This document shows, piece by piece, positions 12,229-24,192 of a stretch of 64,000 nucleotides of DNA. The stretch is from assembly GCA_949358305.1 (NCBI GenBank), contig OX442314.1, forward strand, positions 24,986,001-25,050,000. The letters are read 5' to 3'. The notes beneath the pieces are model-generated. The model ran no database searches. It was not told where the DNA came from and saw only the letters and a program-made list of their open reading frames with translations. This DNA comes from Strigamia acuminata. Lineage: Eukaryota. Within the stretch, counting starts at the first letter, position 1; each line of letters starts with the position of its first letter. The translations under genes were made by a program, and so were the position numbers.

Positions 12229-12907
12229 ATGAAGATGATTTTTGCTGGAATGTTATTGCTGTGTGTGTGCGTGCAATTCGGTAATTGATGAATTAAACAT
12301 TTAATTTTAAATTTTTAAATTTTTTGGGGTTTCAGTTGCAAGTTTTTGAAGTATTTTGTATTAAATTTTCAATTTTTGAGTTTCTTTTAGTATAATTTTG
12401 AATTTTTGCATCTTATTTTGTGTTTCATTTTAAGATTTTGCATCTTTTTTGGGTTTAATTTTAAGTTATTATTGTATTTTTTGCTTTAATTTTGAATTTT
12501 TTTGTGATCTTTTTTCAAGGTTTTTCATTTATGTGTTTCAAATGCGACGGTGAAGGCTGCAACGATAAAAAACATACATGTGAGACTAAAAAAGACGAAG
12601 TTTGCTCGAAAACTATCGGAGTTAGTGGAGGCAAACGTAAGTCGATCTTTTTCTACTAAAATTATTTTTGATAATCATTTCGCTTGTATCCACTTCAGCC
12701 GTCTTTAAGAAAGACTGTAAACCCTCAAAAGACGTAAAAGCTGTGAACGATTGCAAGTTCGAAGTGAGTGCGACCGAGAAGGTACAACTAGCTGTAGGCG
12801 AATGCTCGTGCAGCACAGACCTCTGCAACGACGCGAATGTCATTGGCAGAAGCAGCCTGGTCGCATTTACCCTCGTGTTTTTGTCCTTAAGTGCATTTAA
12901 TGTGTAA
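12229..12907 (+). CDS. Ly6/uPAR three-finger GPI-anchored protein, copy D (inverted paralog of C; three exons)
   Basis: Spliced MKMIFAGMLLLCVCVQFGFSFMCFKCDGEGC...GECSCSTDLCNDANVIGRSSLVAFTLVFLSLSAFNV*. Confidence 0.9.
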
Positions 12908-14504
12908 ATAATTAATGATTAATTAATTATAATTTCACTTTGCTTCTATATTTATGCATAATTCTCTTGATATAATGGATGACAACCGAGTCATTATGCT
13001 ACTTTCGATTCAGTTTGATGTTACGATATTTATAAATCAGACAAATTGGACAATTTGCTCAACTTTAGACGAAATACATTTGATTATACGGCGCTAATTG
13101 TAATAATTTTAATACTTATTAATTTTCTTGTATGGAAAAAAAAATTAAAATTAAAATTAAAAATAATATATAAATATATATATCGTGTTAATTATTTGAT
13201 GCGACAAAAACGACCCCGTTTACATGCCAAAGTTTATCGCCATATAAAATGAACGGATATAAAAAATACATCGCCGTAGGAAACAATATCGTGTTTATTA
13301 TTTGATGCGACAATGATAAGTTTATGTAAGAAATGTTTTAATCGCGCTCTAAGTGAGTATTTCGTAAAAAATATTGATATATTTGTATTAAAATTAATAA
13401 TTTGGATCTAGTTTAACATGTCGTTCACATAAAATCGTTTTTTAAGACACTGAATATGATTTATGTGTGAATTGTGAAAGTAAAATAATTCGAAATGTTT
13501 TGCCCAAGAATAAATAACCTTGACCGACTTCCATTATCCATAATTCTCTCCAGACGTTCAAAACTCCCAGAGAGATTATTAAATGGATACAAAAGGCTAA
13601 AAACTACAATTAAAACGAAAGAAGAAAAGTTTAAATAAACTTTGTGCAATTTTCAAGAAGTTGGCTTCTCCCCAACTGAAAATTTTCATTAAAAATTATC
13701 ATTTTTTTAAATTCTAGGATGCGCAAACTTGTGTGCTCATATGAATGCATTAATTTGCTCAGTCGCAAAGTGTTGAATCAATCAATTGTTACAGAATAAA
13801 TACCTTCGATCAGCTGATCACTCGGATCAATCGATCGAGGGAAAAAAGGGTGAAAGAATTTAAACAATTCAAACTATTCAAGATAGACTCGCGTGCATAA
13901 AATAAAAGTAGTAAAAGAATGAAACAAAAAAGAAAAATTGGAAGAATTGGAAGAACACACCTGTGACAACCTCATAATAAACAATAAAAAATAAATAGAT
14001 TTAAAAATTCTAAAAAAAAAATTTCTAAAATTTCTTTGTTTGCTCACTACTTTTTCATACAATCTCAATTATTTTTGTCACTCTTTTTCGACAAATACCG
14101 AATTGCTTAAATTTCTTCATAAACATGAAATACTCAGAGAAAAATATCATTTTCACAAATTTTAGGACAATTTTTGTTGGCTTTGAGTCAAAAATGACCC
14201 GGGTTAGATGAGTATAAGTTAAGAGATTTTTCTTTTAGGTTGGTACTGCTAGGGTTAATTTAACACATTCCATTCGATCAACCTTGAATATTTTTAGTGA
14301 AAGAAATAGAAAAATTTTAAGAAGTGGAAGTACACACTCGTGACAACCTCATAAAAAACAATAAAAAAAATTAATGGATTTAAAAATTCTCCTAGCAACC
14401 AAAGTGGTTACTAGGAGAATTTGTTGTTGATGTAGTGCTTTTGGACGCTCCCTGGTCTTAAATCCATTATTGTATATCGTTATAACAACGAATCTACCAC
14501 ATCA

Positions 14505-14952
14505 TGACACATAAATGTGTGAATTCACACATCGTTTCACAATGGCGGCTGAAATGGATAGAAAGCGAAATGATTATGAAAAAGAATTTTAGTTGAAAAA
14601 GATCGACTTACTTTTGCCATTTTTAGTTCCCTCAAATTTCATGCAAACGGGGTTTTCAACCACACGCAGTCATAACATTCAAGTGAAAATCTTTGGATAA
14701 AAATCATAAAATTATTAGAAATTAAAGCATGAAATACAAAAACTTAAAATTAAACCCAAAAGAAAATGCAAAAATTTAAAATTACAGTAAAAAACACTCA
14801 AAAATTCAAAATTTAATACAAAAAAAACCTTCCAAAATTTAAAAATGAAACCCCCAAAATATTCAAAAATTTGAAATTAAATGTATAATTCATCAATTAC
14901 CGAATTGCACACGGACACACAGCAATAACATTCCAGTAAAAATCAACTTCAT
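14505..14952 (-). pseudogene. Ly6 pseudogene of the C/D type
   Basis: Exon 1 intact (MKLIFTGMLLLCVRVQF); exon 2 internally deleted; exon 3 truncated after ~45 nt. Confidence 0.75.
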
Positions 14953-16065
14953 TTTGGTCCGAACGTGCAGAATTCTTGAGCGAGGAAAATAAACTCCACC
15001 CCAACGTGTGTGTATGAATTTCATTCAAATTCCTTCACTTACTCCAAAAATATGCAACTTAACGTCAATTGCGCTCTGGGAATGGAAATCGCTATAATGC
15101 GTTTAAGGCCGGCCTCACTGTGGTTAAATGCCAGGAAGCGCCCAAAGTGGTTGCTAGCAGCATCCGTATTTTTTATTTGTTATGCAGTGTTTATGACCTT
15201 TATAGAACTGTTTATGGGCGTGTCTGGTGATATTTTGGAAAATGGCGTTTTATCAAATAAAAAACTTTATTTTGTAGTTGAAACATATTGATTCAACTTC
15301 TAAAGACTTTGAGTTCCTCAATAACATACATCTGGCGTATACATTAAACAACATCTGCTTATAGTAATGCTTCATCAGCTTGTTTCGTGCTTGTGTTTTC
15401 GACTGTTTCATGTGCAGAAAATGCAACGGGTTAAAAATATTCAAGGTTGATCGAATGGAATGTGTTAAATTAACCTAAAAAAAATTCTCTAATTAATTAC
15501 TCACCCAACCCGGGTCATTTTTGACCCAAAGCCGAAAAGATTTTCTTAAAATTTGTGAAAATGATATTTTTCTCTGAGTATTTCATGTTTATGAAGAAAT
15601 TTAAGCAATTCGGTATTTTTTGAAAGAGAGTGACAAAAATAATTGAGATTGTATGAAAAAGTGGTGGGCAAACACAAGAATTTTTAGAAATTTTTTTTTA
15701 GAATTTTTAAATCCATTAACTTGTTATTGTTTGTTATGAGATTAAATGTAAATACATGAAATTTTAGAAAGAAAATCCTTTATAGATTTCGAGAAAAAAA
15801 TAGAAACACTCTTGGAGGTCAAAATTGGTTGGGGTGGGGTTTCCAAGTTTATCTTTATTATTTATTAATTATTTTTTGAATGACCATTCTAAATATTTTT
15901 TACAAAAAACAATAAACTTTGGATTTTTGATATACAAATGTTACGAAATGTCATGGAAATGACATTTCTGTTGGTTATTGCGTGCAATTAATGCAATATG
16001 TAATGAAAATGTAATGAAAATTTTATTTTGACACGGAACTTTGATTTTCATTTCTGCATAAATTA

Positions 16066-16128
16066 TTATGGAAGCAATTTGAGATAAATGAAAATAATCA
16101 CGTGATGGTTTTGCTCTTTGTTGTGGCA
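16066..16128 (-). pseudogene. 3' tail relic of the copy E-type Ly6 gene
   Basis: Matches 18102-18178 with a deletion; downstream flank also duplicated. Confidence 0.6.
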
Positions 16129-17150
16129 CTCACGATTGCTGTACCAGGGCTTGTTCCCATGTACTATACTATTTCTCCTGTATTTGGCGACCACCTTTTT
16201 AACGCAGCATCAGTGATCGCCACTGACGGGTTGCAGTAGCTGCATTCAAAAGCTTTAAAACGCCTCGTTTCTGTTGTTTCGTGTTGATACGTGTGAAGTC
16301 ATTCCCATGATATTCATGCAGCTACTGTATTTATAATTATTATTTTATTATTATTTCCTATTACGCAATAAAGCATAGGGTGAAAGTGAACCAATCGATT
16401 TACCTTGAATTATTTCAGCCAAGTTTAACTGCAGGAACAAACGAAAACAGATACGCACAAATGGAAACAATGTCGTGTTTGCAACAGGACATGACTGACC
16501 AAATTGACTGCAACCTCAGATATTGAAATGCACATGTTGACATTGATAAGACATTTTATTAAGGAGAGTGGTTAAAACTAGCCATTTTGTTGTTGTTTTT
16601 GTTGTGCAAATAATTATTTCTAGGCACATAAGCAGAAATTGTTGGCTCAAAAGACGCCACAAGTCATCTGTGTCAACTTGAGTTTTGGAACACTTTGATA
16701 AAGTCAAATTAATGCTTTCATATGAGCACACAAGTTTGCGCATCTTAGATTTTTAAAAAATAATATATTTTAATGAAAATTTGTACTCAGGCACCAATCA
16801 GGGAGAAGCCAACTTCTTAAAAATAGCACAAAGTTTGTTTAAACTTTTCTTTAATTATAGTTATTAGCCTTTCGTGTCCATTTAATAATCTCTCTGGGAG
16901 TATTGAACGTCGGGGAGAGAATTATGGATTATGGAAGTCGGTCAAGGTTATTTATTCTTGTGTAAAATTGCCTGTATTTAATATTTCGAATTATTTTACT
17001 TTCACAATTCGCACACAAAGCATATTCAACGTTTTAAAAATTCGGTTTAATGTGAACGACGTATTAAACTATGTCAAAATTAATAATTTTTATAGAAATA
17101 TATCGATATGTTTTAGGAAATACACACTTTGAGCGCGAATAAAACATTTC

Positions 17151-17221
17151 TTACATAAACTTTTGCTTCAAAACAGCCACCAATGCGACAGAAAACATCA
17201 TCATTTTGTCCATTCCATTGA
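17151..17221 (-). pseudogene. 3' tail relic of the copy A/B-type Ly6 gene
   Basis: Near-identical to 6014-6084, then breaks abruptly into another duplicated block. Confidence 0.65.
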
Positions 17222-18101
17222 TTCTGCATATTTCATGTTTATGAAGAAATTTAAGCGATTCGGTTTTTGTCGAAAGAGAGTGTCAAAAATAATTGAGATT
17301 GTATGCAAAAGTAGTGGGCAACCAACGGAATTTGTAAAAAAAAAATTTTTAGAATTAATTTTTTATTGTTTGTTATGAGATTAATCGTATGTACTAGTAT
17401 GTACTAGTACACGAGAAAAAAAATTAAAACACTCTTGGAGGTCAATATTGATTGGGATGGGGAAGGTTTTAAATGTGTTCACGGTAAAATATTTGAAAAA
17501 TGGTTACGAATACGAAACTACGAAGAAAAGAAAGAGGAAATTGGAGTGTTCTTCACTCCAATGCACGTCACATGTAACTTGTGACACTGCCTTTCTGCAG
17601 CGCCATCTACGTGTTACTTTGAATAAACTAGTCAGTTATATAAATCTCAACTACATCAACGGTTCCGTTATTTGCATGCTCCATTACAGTTTCAAATACT
17701 TAGTCAAGACAGACTAGAAATAAAGCGAGTTTCCTCATTATTTTGCAGTGGCGCGGGCTTTCAAATATGATGTACCATATTCAAGTTTGGCTTTCCTGCA
17801 CATCAATACAAGAGGCTGATTTCGGACAGCAGATATACAGCGCATTTCCGTGCATAAAAATTCTTTTTGTATGACTCATTACAAAAGGTCTCATTACATT
17901 TCAGGTTTCCGAGTTCATCTTTATTATTTATTAATTACTTTTTGAATGACAATTCGAAATTTTTTTTACAAAAAACAATAAACTTGATTTTTGGCATGCA
18001 AATGACATTTCTATTGGTTATTGCGAGCAATTAATATAATATGTTATGAAAATGGCATTTTATTTTCACCGGGTCTTCGATTTTTATTTCCGCATAAATT
18101 A

Positions 18102-18879
18102 TTATGGAAGCAATTTGAGATAAATGAAAATAATCAGGTATATTAAAGGAAACGTGATGGTTTTGCTGTTCGTTGTGACGACCGCATTATTACATAGATT
18201 TCTGTTGCACAGACACGCAGTCCCGTTAATTTCTTCGAATACAACTGATTGGCATTTTTTCTGAGGTTTTATTTTCGTTGGGGTTACCGTCAGGCATCTT
18301 TTTAAGACGACATCTAGAATTATTGCAAAATTAAAGCAGACTTAGAAAATTTACTAAAAAATACTAAAATACTAAAAATACTAATTAATAACAACGTTTT
18401 TTGTCCATTTCTCCTTGAACTTTCAAACAAAATTTAGCCGTTGAGGAGCAGTCTGTGGGATTCGTTTTACAGTTTTTAGTCGAGAAGCAATCGTAACATT
18501 TCAGAGAAAGACCTTAATGTAAAGAAAAAACGTGGAATTAGATAAAATGCAATTTATTTTGGCACTAAAACGGGTGTAAATGGCTTTTTTTAACATATAA
18601 AACAAGTGTAAACAGCTTTTTTAACATGCTGTAAAACATACAAGTGTAAATTACTTTTTTAACATTTAAAACAAGTGTAAATGGTTTTTTTTAACATGTA
18701 AAACAAGTGTAAATGGCTTTTTTAACATGTGAAACAAGTGTCAATGGCTTCTTTAACATGTAAAACAAGTGATTTTTCCAATTTTCCCCAAAAATTCTTA
18801 AATTTCTAACAATAATAATACTAAATTTACAATATCTAAGGATTGGCAGGACCATTATTCCAAACAGAAATAACTTCAT
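18102..18879 (-). CDS. Ly6/uPAR three-finger GPI-anchored protein, copy E (three exons)
   Basis: Spliced MKLFLFGIMVLPILRYCLSLKCYDCFSTKNC...TACLCNRNLCNNAVVTTNSKTITFPLIYLIIFIYLKLLP*. Confidence 0.85.
18570..18772. repeat. Intronic minisatellite, ~31-bp unit (aaaacaagtgtaaatggctttttttaacatgt)
   Basis: About 6 degenerate tandem copies in intron 1 of copy E. Confidence 0.8.
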
Positions 18880-20537
18880 TTCGGCTTAAACTGCATCTGA
18901 GGTGGTTTTTCTGAAATACTCCGGACAAAATACAGTAATTGAGTAACTAAACTGCTATACCTTTCTGTACCTTGTTGCGGTTTCTTATTACACTTCATTC
19001 CTTCTAAGAAGTCACAGAAACATTGGATAAACAGGAAATGCAATTTGTTGCAAACTGAACTGATCCTATATCAAAGGGCGACAACGCAGAAAATAAAAAT
19101 TAAAAATTGTTTCCGTGTGTTGATTTGGGGAGTAGCAAATGCAAACGGCAGTTTTGGCTCGTCTAAGTGCACGTCTTTCATCACTCATTTTGCAACGTTC
19201 TTCAAAAAATTGCATTCTTCTGACATTTGTTTAAGTTGCATCGTAATTAGTAAGTCTGGATTTAATGTTTTGTTTGATAAAATTATTATTTGTTACAACT
19301 TTGCCATTTTGGATTTCCGCGTTGATCTTGCATTGAAAAATAACATTAAAATTATTTACGGTGTTTTTGGCTTGTAATACTTACAGGTAACTGGTAAACT
19401 GCATTTCACTTCCTCTTTCATGTATTTTTTTCCAAAAATAAAGCAGGTTTAGAAGGGTGCACATTTTCTATTTGTTTAAATTTTTTTTTTTAAATTATCT
19501 TACTTTGAGTGAAATTAATACAGTATTAGTCAGTATTAGTCAGCCAAATCTATTCAAAATCCATTGGACATACCTCAAGAAATATAACATATAAGTTTAA
19601 TTATTATTTATAAAATTCATTAACGTTTGGTTACAAGCAACCTAACTCCCAATGGAGATTGAATATAAAGATTACACAAAAAACTTATGTGATCAAAAAT
19701 TAAAAATTAAAAAAAATCTGATGTAATAATTTAAAAAAACACAGCAAAAGCCATAATTTCCCGCCATTCACATGGCCATCTTTTGTCAGAAACAGAAACT
19801 ATGATTTGAAATCTGAACCTACAGAAGCCCTACTAGACCAATAGCAGAAATGTACAATAGCTTAGTGGGGACTTTCAACTTTAATACTGTATAAACAACA
19901 TGACTATGACAAAGTGTGATTAACTTGTAAGTGAAACTTAAGTGCAAACTTCTTTATACAATGAATTACTGTAAATGATAAAAGCCCTCTTAATAACCAT
20001 GGCAACTGAAAGAAGGTAGACAACAAAATTAGCCTGGTTGTCATGATTGTCAAATGCTAGAATTGTTTATATTATAATGGTGTCTAAGTTCTCGTTGCTA
20101 AGTTACACTGGCAACAATGTATGGAAGTATTTATCACTGTTGCATCATACATCATCTGCATCGACATGACATTTGGCTTTCGTGCAGTATAAAAGTTATC
20201 CATGATGAATTACCAACATTAAAGAGGTCGAAGTGTACACATTTGCGGACATTTTTACCGATTTTTACGTTTCTTTTTGGGCCCAAGTTGGAAGTCGCCA
20301 TTTCCTCAACAGACAAGTAATCGCAACGTGGTTTTGCAGCGTTTCTACGATGGAAGAGTACTTGCGACGTGTATACTGCGTTGGAGAGTGTTTAATGTTA
20401 GAAGTGCAGCGAAGGCACAGTTTTTAAAGTGACGATTGACGATTAGAAAGAGTGCGTCGTGTCAACAACCATTGAATTGTGATAAATTGCGAGTTTAAAG
20501 ACTTTTCGATGGAATTTTTCATGCAATTTGAGCGGAA

Positions 20538-21398
20538 ATGACTCATACCCTGTTAGGAACCCTAGAACCATTTACTGGTACCACGACCCAGCAATGGGAA
20601 TCGTGGTACGAGAGATTTTGCCAGTTTATAATATTAAACGACGTAACAGACGCGAAAAAAGTGCCGCTTTTTCTAACCACCATCGGCCCCGACATGTACG
20701 AAAAACTAAAAAAACTCTTTCATCCCAAAGGCATAACGACAGCGACCATCGTGGATTTACTTAATGCTGTCGAAATTCACTTCGAGACACACAAACGTGA
20801 CACACCATACCGGTATATGAACAAACAACGTTTGTACGGCCGCGTACGGAAGCCTGGCGAGAGTGTGGAAAAATATGTCGGCGACTTGCACGCTTTGGCG
20901 CTAAACTGCAGCTTTACCACCACCGCCGACATAGACAACGCCATAGCCGACCAAGTGATTAGGGGCATAAAATATCCGCCCATAGTCGTGGAGATTTTGT
21001 TGAAACAGCCAACGAGTACGAACGAGTTGTTGAAACTGGCGATGGCCCACGAGATTGCAGTAATGGCTTCGTCGGGAACTGACGACGCGTTGCCCATAGT
21101 GGAAATCGAGCGGCCGGCGGCGAATTTTGAGCAAACGTCGGTCGTAAAACGCCGAAAAAGCCGCACACGTCGGGCAAAGAGGAGTTCCGCAGCAAGCGGT
21201 ACGTCGCAGGAAAGCACGAGTGAAAGATTGCGCCGCCAACGCTCCAGTGAGACTGCTAGACGAATGGGGCCCGCCTGGCGCCGGGATGGCACCCCCATCG
21301 CTTGTTATCGCTGTGGGGGGCCGCACTATGTGCGTGACTGCCCCCACGAGCCCATACTCGCTGTCGCTGCTAAATTACCGGATCAGAAAATGAACTGA
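20538..21398 (+). CDS. Stand-alone Ty3/gypsy-type Gag-like protein (286 aa) with CCHC zinc knuckle; candidate domesticated gag
   Basis: Uninterrupted ATG-to-TGA ORF; gag N-terminus (LEPF..WESWYERFCQF...LFLTTIG), MHR-like RKPGESVEKYVGDLHALALNC, basic linker, CYRCGGPHYVRDC; no pol downstream; TATAAAA 20188, AATAAA 21615. Confidence 0.85.
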   Translation: MTHTLLGTLEPFTGTTTQQWESWYERFCQFIILNDVTDAKKVPLFLTTIGPDMYEKLKKLFHPKGITTATIVDLLNAVEIHFETHKRDTPYRYMNKQRLYGRVRKPGESVEKYVGDLHALALNCSFTTTADIDNAIADQVIRGIKYPPIVVEILLKQPTSTNELLKLAMAHEIAVMASSGTDDALPIVEIERPAANFEQTSVVKRRKSRTRRAKRSSAASGTSQESTSERLRRQRSSETARRMGPAWRRDGTPIACYRCGGPHYVRDCPHEPILAVAAKLPDQKMN

Positions 21399-21806
21399 AT
21401 CGACTTTGAACTTGATTAATTCCATCGCATCTTTTGGCGTCGTTTGCTTTCCGCTCTCCGCTAAATTGCACGATTTTCATCTTTTCTACAATCGTTGAAA
21501 TGTGTAATGCTAAATCGGCTAAATGTAGCAAAAATCGTTACTCCAAGAAATCTAATTTACACATTTAATTTTTTTTAATTGCACACAAAAATCTGTTTTT
21601 ACAAGCGAAGCAACAATAAATTCACAATGGCGGATTATGCAATTTCATTGATTATAATGTACAAATGTCTAATTTTGTGTGAAAAAAATATTGTTTGGTG
21701 TTATTATAGAGGTAGTATCAAATGTCAGTTTCTAAATACATACATTATACGTGTTATCAAACAAAAACATACTAGTTTTACTTGAAAATAATAAAAGAAG
21801 CAGGTT

Positions 21807-22202
21807 TTATCGAAACTGCATTAAAGCAGCAAAAGATATGAGGGAAAACATGAGAAATTTGCTGCTTGTCTTGGTGTCGGCACTGTTGCAATAGTTTGTG
21901 TTGCACCAGCAAAAGATACCGTGTATTCCGTTATCCGTATCTACTTCACATTTCGTTGCATGCTGGGCTGGTGCGAGCTCGCAGCCTTTCTTAACAACTT
22001 CTATAATTATCACATAAATGTCCGATTTGATGATGCAGTTCAAAAATGTGCACGTTAATTTGCTTACCTTTTCCTGACGTCACGTATTTCCCGTCAATTT
22101 TGTAACAAAACTGCTCTTTACCACTAGTTGCCGGATCGCATTCTTTTGTTGTGCCCTCACAGTTGTCTTCTGCCTCGCATTCGTGACAGTTCAGTGCAAG
22201 TC
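21807..22202 (-). CDS. Ly6/uPAR three-finger GPI-anchored protein, copy F (exons 2-3; signal-peptide exon not located)
   Basis: LALNCHECEAEDNC...FCYK / EVVKKGC...FCWCNTNYCNS plus hydrophobic tail; GT-AG intron. Confidence 0.8.
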
Positions 22203-24192
22203 CTGTTTGTAATAATAAGTTTTTGAAATACGCTAAATTTAGAACATTATTTATAACTTGAAATTGTGTAAAATACTATATGAATTTGGACTCAATTTGG
22301 ACTCAATTTCGACTCAATTTCGACTTAAAATGAGTATATGTATATAGAAAGACCTTTAAACACCAATTGGTGTTAATTAATAATAATAATTATCACAATT
22401 TACCGTTTTGGATTTGTAGGAGGCACAATATTCCAATTAGGAGAAAATTCATTTTCGAACAAAACATTTTTGAAGCCGAAATGGAAATCCCACGGTCTAA
22501 ACTCAATCAACGAACTTGTTTTTCTGAAATCTCTTTGGGCCATCCCTAAATAACTTGCTATTTTATCCTTCGTCCGAGCATTAAAGTACGGAAGCCACTG
22601 AGGGACTGCTGAAATCTTGTGCTCGTAGGATTTCATCCGTAGACGATTTTCTTTAGCTGATATTGGATGATTTTTGTATAATATGGCTGAAATCTTCATT
22701 GTCGAATCAATTAACACACCCACTGGAAAGTTTTAATAGACAACAAGTGTAATTAAAAGTTGCTGTTTGTGAGTCGGTTCTAAAACTTGTTCTTATTCTT
22801 ACGCAGTTTGACTTTATAGCTGCAATATTTTAAGACGTCCTAGATTCGGTTGTACTGGGAGTTTCTGTCTTGTTTCTTTTTTCTCTTTCTGAGTGATTAG
22901 AATTAATACTTTGGTCGTTAATTTTTTTGTTTAGTTTGTTGCTGCAACCTAAATCCTTAAATAGAAATAGTCGCGAGCCAACTTTAGGAAAAAAATGTCA
23001 GTGGTGTCGAACTCTCAACTGAGACAACCAAAATAAGGAAATGTGTGAAAAATTTTAAAAATTCAAATTAAGGTAGTATCTATTTAAAGAACATTTCCAT
23101 CGAGGCTAATGTTAATGAGGTTGGTCAATACTGTTTCATCACAACAGCAATCAATGCACAATGATTCAATGTTCTTACATATCAGGGACGTCTTTGGAAT
23201 TTGGTGGCAAACAATTTTAGCTTTTGATAATTTTGTTTTTAAAAATTGTTGGTGATATTGAAAAATAGACCAATGGCCAAACTTCTCGGACTTTTACGCT
23301 TCTTTTCGACAAAGTTGATTACGGTATGTAAATTGACACAAATGTTACCTCGGGTAGGCCTATTTGTGAGATTAATGTTTGGGAGATCCTCATCGTTCTT
23401 CAATTCAAAGATGGCTACGGATTTATTTTAATAATAATAAATAACAAGAAAGAACATACTGTAGCACGAGTTTACAATAGTGCGCTACATTTATACTCTA
23501 ACATTAGTGCCATCAACATTTTCCAGCTCAATTTTCCAGCTCAACAGGTTGCTTAAATAATCAATATTAAATTTAATACCACAACCGGTAATGCCCGGAC
23601 AAATCCTCCAACCCAATTTGACTTTTTATTTTGTTTTGGCTCCCTCCAGACCAGACAGTTCTTTAGACATTTGAAGTAAATATTTTTTTCAAGTCCCATC
23701 ATCGGACAATTAGTAATTTATAATTTTAAAAATTAATAATCAGATTAAAAAGATGCATTTTTGGTGTTATTGCGTTTGAATGACTGCCAAGAGCCCGCAC
23801 GTACAAACACGAGGGATTTATTCTGGCTAAAATTCAATAACCCATCTAGCTCTTGAGATATTACTATTGATTATAATTGCCTGTTTTTTTTACCTCTTCG
23901 CAATGATTTTATGTTTCATGAAGGCACATTAGTTCATTCAACCCAAAGGGTTAAGAACCCTGACTGAAATGTCGTATAAATTAACGATTTTTTGTAAAAT
24001 AAATAAAATATAAAAACATTTATTTAAAAACATTCAAAGATTATAAACACCATTACAAATTTTATAGCTGGTTATAAATAGCTTAAAATAATAAAACCTA
24101 GTTTATGTAAGCTTAGATTTCAATTCTAAATGTTAGTTTGGACTGTTTGCTGATAAGCGTGTTTTGATTTTCTTGCGTTTACCTTCGAAATA

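Noticed and set aside
20777..21347. Minus-strand ORFs of 173 and 148 aa
   Set aside because: Antisense shadows of the GC-rich gag ORF with no recognisable motifs
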